The notes: a model not told the origin generated them from the letters alone. A stretch of 46,389 nucleotides of DNA from a virus (IMGVR_UViG_3300037851_001501:1-46389), one strand, 5' to 3'; shown: positions 1 through 8,376, counted from the stretch's first letter. A program made the numbers and translations.

Positions 1-1098
1 ATGGGCAATGACGCTATGGCTATGGTATTGTTCGGCGATCGGGTGACGGTCGTCGAAGCGCCTGCCGTGGTGAGCGGCGGGCAGACACAGATTGACCGGA
101 TGCGTTCCTGGCTGGATGCCTGGGACTTGTTCCTCTCCAGCCGGAAGGCTGAGAAAACCCGGACGGCCTATAAAAAGGCATGGCAAAATTTGATGGCTTA
201 CACGAATAAGCCATTCTGGGAGATTGACCGGGCGGATCTATTCGCATGGACGGCGGAGATGAAGACCGCCGGTCTGGCCGATGCGACGATCCAGCAGCGG
301 GTGGCGGCAATCAGCGCGTTCTACCAGTATGTGATGGATGAATACGATGTGGTAGACGCGGAGGGGCGGACGTCGCCGCTGTTCAACCGGAACCCGGCGG
401 CGAGTAAGAGCCTGCGTCCGGCGGTGCAGGCATTCTCGAACGTGACGGCGCTGCGGGGAGATCAGGTGAAGGCGCTGCTGCGGGCGATCAACCTGCGGAC
501 GGTGCAGGGGCTGCGGGATTTTGCCCTGTTCACGTTTTATCTGTCGACCGGAAGGCGGAACACGGAGATCAGGGTAGTGAGGAAGGGGGACTTTCGGCAG
601 TCTGGCGTTACGGTGCAGTACCGGTGGAGCGGGAAGCGGAAGGATGGGTGGGATGAGTGTACACCCGATGTGTGGAATAACATCCAGGTGTATTTGGCCG
701 CTGCGGGGCGGCCATGGGAAACCCTGGGGGAGGGGGAGTATATCTTTACCGCGCTGAACGATAGGGCGGGGCGGCTGCACAATGTGGATGCGGAAACATA
801 TAACCCCAGCGGGCAGCCGCTCTCGATGCGGCAGGTTGGGGCGCTGTTGAAGAAGTATGCGCGGCGAGCAGGGCTGGACGCGCAGGCGATTCATGTGCAT
901 GTGCTGCGGCACACGGTGGCTATGCTGATGGACGAGGCAGGCTTTAGCCTGCGGGAGATCCAGGAGCGATTGAAACACAGCAGCCTGGATATGACGAACC
1001 GGTACATGGACCGTCTGAAGGGGCAGCGCAACGATTACTGGGTTAAGGCCAGCGCGCTGCACGATCTGCCGACGCAGCCCTTCCAGCGGAAGAAGTGA
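1..1098 (+). CDS. Tyrosine recombinase/integrase (XerC/D-like)
   Basis: N-terminal SAM-like core-binding region (ATIQQRVAAISAFY); catalytic motifs GRRNTE (R), HVLRH (HxxR), H-SSLDMT-NRY (H, Y). Confidence 0.93.
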   Translation: MGNDAMAMVLFGDRVTVVEAPAVVSGGQTQIDRMRSWLDAWDLFLSSRKAEKTRTAYKKAWQNLMAYTNKPFWEIDRADLFAWTAEMKTAGLADATIQQRVAAISAFYQYVMDEYDVVDAEGRTSPLFNRNPAASKSLRPAVQAFSNVTALRGDQVKALLRAINLRTVQGLRDFALFTFYLSTGRRNTEIRVVRKGDFRQSGVTVQYRWSGKRKDGWDECTPDVWNNIQVYLAAAGRPWETLGEGEYIFTALNDRAGRLHNVDAETYNPSGQPLSMRQVGALLKKYARRAGLDAQAIHVHVLRHTVAMLMDEAGFSLREIQERLKHSSLDMTNRYMDRLKGQRNDYWVKASALHDLPTQPFQRKK

Positions 1099-1184
1099 AA
1101 TGGAGACGGTCATAGGCGGTAATCTCCTGCTGTTCTGATAATACGGTTTATCGGAACGGACTGCAAGAAAAGGATGGAAAGCGG

Positions 1185-1550
1185 ATGGAAATGGGAGCGG
1201 TTCTGGCGGCGCTGGCGTTATTCGGGGTAGGCTACAACGCGCTGACGGCGTGGCTGGAGGCGAGGGGGCTGGACCGGGGGTATACGGCTTATTTAGTGGT
1301 GGGCGGGGTGTTGGTGACGCTGGCAGGATTGGGGTCGGTGGATGGGTGGCCGGCGGCTGGGAAGGCGCTGCTATGCTTTGCAGCGAGCGGATTGCCGATG
1401 GTGATCGGCTCGATGGCGCGCAGTGCGCAAGCCCGACGGCGGGACGAGGAAGGGGCAAAGCGGCTTGCCCGGGAGTTATTGCATGACGAGACCTATCATC
1501 GGGCGGACGGCGTTCCGTCAAGAGGTGCAGCGGGCGATCAATGCAAATAA
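1185..1550 (+). CDS. Small membrane protein (about 3 TM helices)
   Basis: Three hydrophobic stretches; AGGA upstream. Confidence 0.65.
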   Translation: MEMGAVLAALALFGVGYNALTAWLEARGLDRGYTAYLVVGGVLVTLAGLGSVDGWPAAGKALLCFAASGLPMVIGSMARSAQARRRDEEGAKRLARELLHDETYHRADGVPSRGAAGDQCK

Positions 1551-1725
1551 GGCGGCGCGGGAGGCGTTGCGGCGGATCATTGACGATGACCCGGGGCCGC
1601 AGATGCTGGCATTGCTGATTGCGAGGGCAGCGAATGCGCTGGGTACGAATTTGGAGGCGCTGCAGATTATTGGGAGAATCGGTGAGCTGGCGCGGAAGCG
1701 GGGCCAGCAAGACCTGGACGAGTGA
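1483..1725 (+). CDS. Hypothetical helical protein
   Basis: ATG at 1483 after GGAG; phage-like codon usage. Confidence 0.55.
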   Translation: MTRPIIGRTAFRQEVQRAINANKAAREALRRIIDDDPGPQMLALLIARAANALGTNLEALQIIGRIGELARKRGQQDLDE

Positions 1726-1746
1726 CTTGGGTGAAAGGAGTAGGGC

Positions 1747-1974
1747 ATGTTCGGAATTCTTTGGTACGACTCTAATTGGGATAACTCAATGAAGGTGCTG
1801 GCGACGGCGGCGGCTCACTATCGTAGGAAGATGGGGGTGGAGCCTAACCTGGCGCATGTACACCCTGAGACGTTGGCGGCGCATTTTTCTGCGCCGGGGA
1901 CGCCGGCGGGGTGGACGCTGGTGGCGGATCAACGCATCCAGCGGAATCATGTGTTGATCGGGGTGGCGGAATGA
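1747..1974 (+). CDS. Hypothetical phage protein
   Basis: AAGGAG RBS; ATGA overlap with next gene. Confidence 0.7.
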   Translation: MFGILWYDSNWDNSMKVLATAAAHYRRKMGVEPNLAHVHPETLAAHFSAPGTPAGWTLVADQRIQRNHVLIGVAE

Positions 1975-2423
1975 GCGATGAGGTGGATTGCGACCTGGCG
2001 CGGGAGATGCTGTCTTCGGTGGTTGAGTTTTTCGACGAGAAGCAGGGGGAGCTGGGGACTGTGAAATTCTACGAGATGCTGAGCGCGAAGCTGAGCCGTG
2101 TGGCGCGGCGGGAGCAGCCGTGGACATGGCGATATGCGCAGGGGGTGCACAGGGGGACGATCAAGCCATCGAAGGCGTTCGCGGATGCGGTGCTGGCGCT
2201 GGGGGCGGCGCTGGATGAGGTATCCGGGGCGGCGCTGGCGTACACGGTGGAGGTGAGGGTGTATGCGCGTCCGGGGGCGGTGCAGAACAACAGCCTGGTG
2301 TTGGGGGAAAGCAAGATGTGCGCGAGGTCAGGATGCAGGGTGAGCTTTGTTCCGAATGTGCCGTGGCGGAAGTATTGTTCGGCAGACTGCGGCGCGATGG
2401 CGATGGAGGAAATGAGGAGATGA
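1971..2423 (+). CDS. Putative DNA-binding protein with C-terminal zinc finger
   Basis: CARSGC...YCSADC Cys cluster; ATGA-coupled at both ends. Confidence 0.7.
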   Translation: MSDEVDCDLAREMLSSVVEFFDEKQGELGTVKFYEMLSAKLSRVARREQPWTWRYAQGVHRGTIKPSKAFADAVLALGAALDEVSGAALAYTVEVRVYARPGAVQNNSLVLGESKMCARSGCRVSFVPNVPWRKYCSADCGAMAMEEMRR

Positions 2424-2860
2424 TTCCCGTTAGGATCGCTAAAAGAGTTTTGGAAATCAGCACTCCTTCCAGGGTGTTCGAGAAGCCCTGGGAGGAGACA
2501 GTCCTCGAGGTGTGGACTTACGTCCACCCCGAGGACGCGGGAATCAATGCGCGCCTCCGCTCCGCGGAGGAAATAAGCGAAGCGGTATTTTACGCTGTCA
2601 AGGACGATAGCGTAATGATGAAAAAGCGGGGCTGGACGCCCGACTTCTGGTCTGAGTTCCTCGTCTGGGGGGAAGAAAATTGGGAAAACCCAGACGAGGA
2701 AATTCAGGAATGCCTCCATGACATGGAGGCAAGGGTCGAGACTGGACGCCAGGCGGCGCGTCCGGTAGAGGAGGTGATCGAATTTATTCTGGTTACTCCT
2801 CCCGCTCGGTGGGAGGAATGGCCGCTGCTAAGCAGCGGTAAATGGATTTTGGAGGACTGA
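2420..2860 (+). CDS. Acidic hypothetical protein
   Basis: Translationally coupled start; Glu-rich; different G skew from flanks. Confidence 0.6.
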   Translation: MIPVRIAKRVLEISTPSRVFEKPWEETVLEVWTYVHPEDAGINARLRSAEEISEAVFYAVKDDSVMMKKRGWTPDFWSEFLVWGEENWENPDEEIQECLHDMEARVETGRQAARPVEEVIEFILVTPPARWEEWPLLSSGKWILED

Positions 2861-2861
2861 C

Positions 2862-3245
2862 GTGATGATCCTACTCAATTTCTCTCACCCGCTCACGCCT
2901 GCACAGATCGCCCAGGCCGCCGCGCTGGCCGGGCAGCCCATCGAAACCGTGGTGGACCTGCCCGTGCATTTCGACGGCGGGCAGCCCTTTGTGGCCCAAC
3001 TCCACACCTTGGCCGCGCGCATCCCGCTAGACGCCGCTACGCTGCAAACCGCGCCCATACTGGTTAACCTGCCCTCGCTCAACTTCATCGCTGGCCTGCT
3101 GCTGGCCGAGCTGCACGGGCGCATAGGCTACTTCCCCACCATCCTGCGCCTGCGGCGGGTGGATGACAGCCTTCCGCCACGCTTTGAAGTGGCGGAGTTG
3201 CTGAACCTGCAAGAGGCGCGCGACCAGGCGCGCCAGGCTCGGTAG
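2862..3245 (+). CDS. csx15: Csx15-like CRISPR-associated Rossmann-fold protein (putative cOA binder/ring nuclease)
   Basis: N-terminal ILLNFSHPLT motif, LVNLP(S)L, LAELHGRIGYFPTILRLR and FEVAELLNLQ..R..AR match my recollection of the Csx15 family; GGAGG RBS. Confidence 0.8.
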   Translation: MMILLNFSHPLTPAQIAQAAALAGQPIETVVDLPVHFDGGQPFVAQLHTLAARIPLDAATLQTAPILVNLPSLNFIAGLLLAELHGRIGYFPTILRLRRVDDSLPPRFEVAELLNLQEARDQARQAR

Positions 3246-3275
3246 AGAATCTGACGGAATCGGAGGCCGTTCTAT

Positions 3276-3309
3276 GATTATCAACCTTACACGATTATCA
3301 ACCTTACAC
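3276..3309 (+). repeat. 17-bp tandem duplication GATTATCAACCTTACAC x2
   Basis: Exact copies at 3276-3292 and 3293-3309. Confidence 0.95.
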
Positions 3310-3311
3310 CT

Positions 3312-3381
3312 TTCACAGTGGTCGTGGTGACGCCTTACGACGGAGCAATCGGGACTAACTATTAATAACTATTAATTATGA
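3312..3381 (+). repeat. 70-bp direct repeat A, copy 1 (copy 2 at 4366-4435)
   Basis: TTCACAGTGGTCGTGG(T/G)GACGCC...TAACTATTAATAACTATTAATTATGA with 1 mismatch; 3254-3272 also matches 4351-4368 with a 1-nt indel. Confidence 0.95.
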
Positions 3382-3449
3382 ATTGCTATCGGGACAAGTT
3401 CAGCGGGACGGTGTTCTGTAAGCCCGCAGTGAAGCCATACCCGGCGCCG
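3378..3449 (+). repeat. 72-bp direct repeat B, copy 1 (copy 2 at 5206-5277)
   Basis: ATGAATTGCTATCGGGAC...CCCGGCGCCG is identical in both places. Confidence 0.95.
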
Positions 3450-3501
3450 GAGCGCGGGCGCGCCGCCGTTGTGCGCCTGCTCGAAGCGGCGGGATGAAGC
3501 T

Positions 3502-4419
3502 ATGAAAGCGTATAAGATTGTTAATGAAGTAGATGGGCATCGCGGGTTGTTCTACCACAAGGGCTACAACGAAGACCCGCGCCCGTTCAACCCGTCGGGG
3601 GATTGTGAACCCGGCGGTATCTACTACGCCAGGGAGGATACCCTGGCGTTCCTCGGTTATGGGAACGCCGTCTACCGGGTAACGCCGGTGGGCGAAGAAT
3701 ACGCCAACCCCATCCCGCCGCGCAAGTATAAGGCGCACGCCGTAATCTTAGAGCGGGTCGGTGAGGTCTCCGACCTGGCGGTTATCCGCCTGGTCTTAGC
3801 TGAGGGCGCAAACGTCCACGCCGGCAACGATCGTGCCCTGATGTGGGCGGCAACGAACGGGCATACCGACGTGGCGCGCCTGTTGCTGGATGCAGGCATG
3901 GATGCCCAAGCGTGCAACGGCGCGCTGCTGCGGGCGGCGGAGAATGGGCGCGCCGCCATTGTGCGCCTGCTCCTGGATGCCGGCGCGGATGTTCACGTGT
4001 ATTCCGACGCGCCGCTGCAGTGGGCGGCGGAGAATGGGCGCGTTGAGGTTATGCGCCTGCTCCTGGAGGCAGGCGCGGATGTCCACGCCGATAACAACTA
4101 CGCGCTGCGGCTGGCGGTGCATCAAGGGCACGCCGAATGCGTGCGCCTGCTCCTGGATGCCGGCGCGGATGTCCGCGCCTGTCGCAACGAGGCATTAATG
4201 GCGGCGGCGGAGAACGGGCACGCCGAATGCGTGCGCCTGCTGCTGGCGGCGGGCGCAGATGTTCACGCCGGCGATGACGCTGCGCTGCGCCTGGCGGCTA
4301 AGCGGGCGCACACAGAATGCGTTCGCCTGCTCGTTGAGGCAGGCGCGGGAACGGAATCGGAGCCGTTCACAGTGGTCGTGGGGACGCCTTACGACGGAGC
4401 AATCGGGACTAACTATTAA
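3502..4419 (+). CDS. Ankyrin-repeat protein
   Basis: About 6 repeats of GADVHA..D.AL..AAENG..ECVRLLL.A; likely start at ATG 3502 (MKAYK). Confidence 0.9.
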   Translation: MKAYKIVNEVDGHRGLFYHKGYNEDPRPFNPSGDCEPGGIYYAREDTLAFLGYGNAVYRVTPVGEEYANPIPPRKYKAHAVILERVGEVSDLAVIRLVLAEGANVHAGNDRALMWAATNGHTDVARLLLDAGMDAQACNGALLRAAENGRAAIVRLLLDAGADVHVYSDAPLQWAAENGRVEVMRLLLEAGADVHADNNYALRLAVHQGHAECVRLLLDAGADVRACRNEALMAAAENGHAECVRLLLAAGADVHAGDDAALRLAAKRAHTECVRLLVEAGAGTESEPFTVVVGTPYDGAIGTNY

Positions 4420-4435
4420 TAACTATTAATTATGA
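4351..4435 (+). repeat. Direct repeat A, copy 2
   Basis: Matches 3254-3272 joined to 3312-3381; supplies the C-terminus and stop of the ankyrin gene. Confidence 0.93.
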
Positions 4436-4447
4436 GTAGGAGGCGGG

Positions 4448-5086
4448 ATGTTTTCTAAGGATCTGCAACGAGGGTTGATTCAGTGGACGGTGGCGTACAG
4501 CGGCCACGAGGCTCAGCGACATTATATCGGGCTGAGCGGGATTGGGGATTGCGAACGGGTCATCTACGACCGCTTCCGGCAGGGGACGCGGGCGACGGTG
4601 GAGGATCACTTGCTTTGCCGGTTGAGCTATGAGCTGGAGGGGCGGCTGGTAGAGCGGCTGAAGGAGATGGGGGTATACAGCGTCGGGGAGGAGATCGTGC
4701 TCTTCGATGGGCTGGTGCAGGGGCATACGGACGGGGTAATTGGGCGGCAGGATCTGCTGGAGATCAAGACATTGGCGCAGGAACGTTGGATTCCGGAGGG
4801 ACGGAAGCTGCCGGGGCGAGTGTTCTGGCAGGTGCAGGCGTACCTGCATTACACGGGGCGGAAATATGGGCATATCGTGTATCTGGCGAGGGACACGGGG
4901 CTGATCTATACGACGGGGGTGTCGTACAGCGAGGGGGTGGGGCGCAAGATTGAGGAGAAGGTGGGGAGGCTGGTGGAGGCGGCGATGGCGTACAGTCGCC
5001 CGGCGTGTACATGCGGGCGTTGTGAAAATAATGGTCATCAGAATGCCGCCGGCCTTCAGCTCGGCGGCGAAAGGAGCGAATCATGA
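4448..5086 (+). CDS. Solo Cas4-like PD-(D/E)XK exonuclease
   Basis: SGIGDCER (first Cys), GHTDG...LLEIKT, QVQAY, C-terminal CTCGRC (three further Fe-S Cys). Confidence 0.8.
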   Translation: MFSKDLQRGLIQWTVAYSGHEAQRHYIGLSGIGDCERVIYDRFRQGTRATVEDHLLCRLSYELEGRLVERLKEMGVYSVGEEIVLFDGLVQGHTDGVIGRQDLLEIKTLAQERWIPEGRKLPGRVFWQVQAYLHYTGRKYGHIVYLARDTGLIYTTGVSYSEGVGRKIEEKVGRLVEAAMAYSRPACTCGRCENNGHQNAAGLQLGGERSES

Positions 5087-5292
5087 GTACGAGGGTTTTG
5101 TTGGCGGTGTTGATTGCAGTCGTCGCTCTGGCATGGGCAGCGGCGGCATTGGGGTCTTCGGCGGGAGAGCGGGTGTATCTGCCGCTGGTGGCGCGCGCGC
5201 CGGCGATGAATTGCTATCGGGACAAGTTCAGCGGGACGGTGTTCTGTAAGCCCGCAGTGAAGCCATACCCGGCGCCGTTGCAGTTTCGCTAA
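5083..5292 (+). CDS. Small secreted/membrane protein with VYLPLV motif
   Basis: Signal-peptide-like N-terminus; RVYLPLVAR resembles the Chloroflexota YLPL sorting motif; AAGGAG RBS. Confidence 0.7.
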   Translation: MSTRVLLAVLIAVVALAWAAAALGSSAGERVYLPLVARAPAMNCYRDKFSGTVFCKPAVKPYPAPLQFR

Positions 5293-5313
5293 TCCGCTCG
5301 CGGCTAAACGACG

Positions 5314-6540
5314 ATGCTTACGCAGAGAATACAGGTGCAGGCAATTGCAGACAGGATGGCGGGTCTGCCGGTGAAGGGGAACATGCGCCGGTTGACCGAG
5401 CCGTGGTTGAGTTGCTGGAAGGCGCTGGATGGAGCGGCAGCGGGGCAGTATCACAATGCGCTGATGGAGGCGCTACAGGAATTTCCGGATCGGGGGGTCA
5501 TCATGGAGCAGATCCTGGCGGCGCGTCCGGGGGCAGCGCTGGGAGAATATGCGAGCCTGGAAGAACTGGCGAAAGACCTCCCGCCTATCGAGTGGGTGTG
5601 GAGGGGTTGGATTCCGAGGGGGATGATAACGCTGTTGGGAGCGGCGCCAGGGGCGGGGAAGTCGTTCCTGGCGTTGGACCTGGCAAAGCGGATTGTCCAG
5701 CATGAGTCGTGGCCGGACGGGCAGGTGAACACGTCGCAGCGGAGGAATATCTTGTATGTGGACGCGGAGCAAGTGCCCCAACTGGCGAATGAGCGGGCAT
5801 TAAGTTGGGGTATTCCGCGGAGTAAGTTGTATTTTCTGCTGCCCGAGGCAGACGATATGATTGATTTCGGTAAGCCAAGATACCGGGACCTGCTGACGGA
5901 GATGGCATACCAATTACAGCCGGAATTGGTGATCCTGGATTCCCTCAGCTCAATTTCGTCAAAGGGGGAGAACAACGTCGAGGATGTTCGCGTTGTTCTT
6001 GGGTTCTTGAACATGCTGGCGCAGGAGTATAAGGTGGGTTTGGTGCTAATCCACCATTTGAGGAAGGGAAGTAATAATGGGCAGTTGAAACTGTGGGATG
6101 TGAGCATGGACGATTTTAGGGGGAGCGGTCACATCATTGCAATGGCGCGCTCGGTGATGGGGGTGAGCGTGGTGCAGACGGCGGCGGAGGCGGACCGAAA
6201 CGGGCCGCGGAAGGTGGAGATCATCAAGACAAACCTGGGGCCGTATCCCGAAGCGCTAGGGTTTGAGTTTGCGCCGCTGCATCCAAAGGGGGTATTTTTG
6301 AACTGGGGCAATGCTCCGCAGGCTTATCACGAGCCGACGAAGGAGGAGGAGTGCCGCGAGTGGCTGTTGATGTTAATCACGAACGCGCCGGAGGGGATTA
6401 AACCGAAAGAGGCGGTGGAGGCGGGGGAGGAATACGGGTATGCGCGGGCGATGATCTACCGGGCGCGGAATGAGTTGAAGGCGCAAATAGTCAACACGCT
6501 GGGGAGGAAGCACCCAGAGAACTTGTGGAAGCGGAAGTGA
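5314..6540 (+). CDS. AAA_25/RepA-like (RecA-fold) replicative helicase/ATPase
   Basis: Walker A GAAPGAGKS, YVDAE, Walker B VILDS, LIHHLRK, FRGSG. Confidence 0.88.
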   Translation: MLTQRIQVQAIADRMAGLPVKGNMRRLTEPWLSCWKALDGAAAGQYHNALMEALQEFPDRGVIMEQILAARPGAALGEYASLEELAKDLPPIEWVWRGWIPRGMITLLGAAPGAGKSFLALDLAKRIVQHESWPDGQVNTSQRRNILYVDAEQVPQLANERALSWGIPRSKLYFLLPEADDMIDFGKPRYRDLLTEMAYQLQPELVILDSLSSISSKGENNVEDVRVVLGFLNMLAQEYKVGLVLIHHLRKGSNNGQLKLWDVSMDDFRGSGHIIAMARSVMGVSVVQTAAEADRNGPRKVEIIKTNLGPYPEALGFEFAPLHPKGVFLNWGNAPQAYHEPTKEEECREWLLMLITNAPEGIKPKEAVEAGEEYGYARAMIYRARNELKAQIVNTLGRKHPENLWKRK

Positions 6541-6570
6541 TGAGATCGTGAGGGCGATGATGGAATATTG

Positions 6571-6674
6571 TACTGTCTCAACTGTCTCAAGAGTTTACTG
6601 TATTAAGACACCCCCCCTTAATTTACGACTGGGAGTGTCTGAGACTCTTAACTGTTGAGACTCCTGAGACAGTT
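6571..6674. other. Putative replication origin (GTCTCA/TGAGAC repeats, AT-rich core)
   Basis: Two GTCTCA then three TGAGAC; 15-bp inverted repeat 6580-6594/6660-6674 (14/15 match); lies between helicase and primase. Confidence 0.5.
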
Positions 6675-6686
6675 CACGGAGGATTT

Positions 6687-7862
6687 ATGTACGATCTTGA
6701 ACAGATACGGGAACGGGTGAGCTTGCAGGCGCTGGCGGAAGAGGCCGGGGCGCAATTTCGGAACGGGTCGAGCCGATGTCCGCTGCATGGGGGGGATAAT
6801 ACTTCGGGATTCCATCTGTACGACGGCGGGAGGCGCTGGCATTGTTTCACGCGCTGTTCGGCGCCAGATAACGATGGTGACGTGTTCAATTTTTACATGC
6901 GGTGGAAGGGTGTGGACTTCGAGACTGCGGTGGAGGAATTGGGGCGCCTGGCGGCGGTAGCGCCGGCTGTGACGGGTGAGAGGATGGTATTTGCTCCGCC
7001 GGCGGATGCGCCGACGCCGCCCAGCGAGCGGTGGCAGGAGCGGGCGAAGCAATTCGTAAGCTATGCGGAGAAGGAACTGGCGAAGGAGGGGGGGAGGGCG
7101 GCGCGGGCTTATCTATACTCGGAGCGCGGGCTGAGGGAGGAGACGTGGCGGGCGTTCCAGTTGGGGTATTGCCCGCAAGACATTTACGATACGCCGCTGC
7201 GCTGGGGCCTGGATGGGAAGAAGATTTGGCTGCCCAGAGGGATTGTGATCTCTGGGTGGTCAGGGGGGAATTTATGGTACGTGAAGATCCGTCGTCCGAT
7301 GGGGGATCGGGACGAGAAGGGGGAGTTGACGGATGCGCTGGCGCAGTACATTAAGCCGGCGGTGGTGCTGCCAGAGGTGAAGTTTGGGGGGGCGAGAGGA
7401 AATAAGGCAACGCTGTTTGGATCGGAGTTGCGGTTGGGGTATCCGGTGGCGCTGCTGGTGGAGGGGGAGTGGGATGCAATGCTGGCGTGGCAGGAGGGGC
7501 ATGATTTTTGCGATGTGATGACGCTAGGCGGGGGGAAGACGCGGGCCGATTTGCTGGATCTCGCGGCGCTGGCGTGCTATCCGATCATCATTTCGGTGTA
7601 CGACGCGGATGAGACGGGAGACCAGGCGCGAGAATACTGGTTGAATGCGCCAGGGCTGGGACAACGGGTGAGCGTGGCAGTTCCGCCGGATCACGACTTG
7701 TCTGATTTTTTTCGGAAGGGGGGAAACTTACGGAAATGGCTGGCGCGGCTGGTGGAGGGGCGGATGGGTGAGTGGATGGCGGGGATGGACCGGGAGCGTT
7801 GGGGAGAGGCGGGCGAGCGGCTGGATGCGGTATGGCAGCAGTTGGAGGAGGCGGTGAAGTGA
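6687..7862 (+). CDS. DNA primase (CHC2 zinc finger + TOPRIM)
   Basis: CPLH...WHCFTRC zinc finger; LVEGEWDAM and YDADETG TOPRIM motifs. Confidence 0.9.
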   Translation: MYDLEQIRERVSLQALAEEAGAQFRNGSSRCPLHGGDNTSGFHLYDGGRRWHCFTRCSAPDNDGDVFNFYMRWKGVDFETAVEELGRLAAVAPAVTGERMVFAPPADAPTPPSERWQERAKQFVSYAEKELAKEGGRAARAYLYSERGLREETWRAFQLGYCPQDIYDTPLRWGLDGKKIWLPRGIVISGWSGGNLWYVKIRRPMGDRDEKGELTDALAQYIKPAVVLPEVKFGGARGNKATLFGSELRLGYPVALLVEGEWDAMLAWQEGHDFCDVMTLGGGKTRADLLDLAALACYPIIISVYDADETGDQAREYWLNAPGLGQRVSVAVPPDHDLSDFFRKGGNLRKWLARLVEGRMGEWMAGMDRERWGEAGERLDAVWQQLEEAVK

Positions 7863-7869
7863 TGAGACG

Positions 7870-7906
7870 AGCGCCCTCACCCTGCCCTCTCCCATGGGGA
7901 GAGGGG
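7870..7906. repeat. REP-like palindrome CCCTCACCC...CCCTCTCCC-N3-GGGAGAGGG, copy 1
   Basis: 24 bp identical to 37107-37130; hairpin. Confidence 0.8.
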
Positions 7907-8049
7907 AAGAATGGACGGGTAGCTCCGATAACAATCCTTAGCGGAAGGGTCTCCCCTACCCCGCGGGTATGTCGGGGGGCGGGGATGGTGGATGGTAATG
8001 CACGCTTTTTGGCGTACGCAAGCAGGCATGATGGCAGGCTGGAGGAGCG

Positions 8050-8373
8050 ATGAAGCGAACGAGTAGGGTTATATTGCCGGAGATCGTTGAAGTTCCGTTC
8101 GAGTGCGCGCCTGAGCGGATGGGTCTAGAGCCGGGTTGCATGCGTTACCGGATGGGACGGTTGACGATCTTCGTTGGGCGGCTGCCGATAAGCGGGGAGT
8201 ATCACTTGAGCATTTCTCATCCGACGCGTTATCCGACCTGGGACGAGATCGCAGAGGCGCGTTACAAGCTGATCCCGGACGAGTGCACGATGGGGTTGTT
8301 ATTGCCGGCGCGGGGACGATATGTGAATATCCACCACAATTGTTTTCATCTATACCAGGTGAAGGAAGAGTAG
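8050..8373 (+). CDS. Conserved phage hypothetical protein
   Basis: HLSISH..RYPTWDE...YVNIHHNCFHL pattern typical of a widespread phage family; GGAGG RBS. Confidence 0.75.
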   Translation: MKRTSRVILPEIVEVPFECAPERMGLEPGCMRYRMGRLTIFVGRLPISGEYHLSISHPTRYPTWDEIAEARYKLIPDECTMGLLLPARGRYVNIHHNCFHLYQVKEE

Positions 8374-8376
8374 GGC

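Noticed and set aside
1-1160. attP/attL assignment
   Set aside because: The window starts at the recombinase ATG and has no host flanks, so att sites cannot be identified.
238-1710. Long - strand ORFs here and throughout (e.g. 19161-20462, 24846-26144)
   Set aside because: Pro/Arg/His-rich shadow frames produced by high GC and G skew opposite clear genes.
3254-5277. Repeats as a CRISPR mini-array for the type IV-B operon
   Set aside because: Units are about 70 bp, occur only twice, are separated by whole genes, and show no repeat-spacer periodicity.
3378-5277. DGR template/variable repeat pair
   Set aside because: The copies are identical with no adenine-specific mismatches, and no reverse transcriptase is present.
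5283-5320. Additional TAA-N6-TTA site
   Set aside because: Only half-sites (TTCGCTAA, CGGCTAA) with no TTA at 6-bp spacing.
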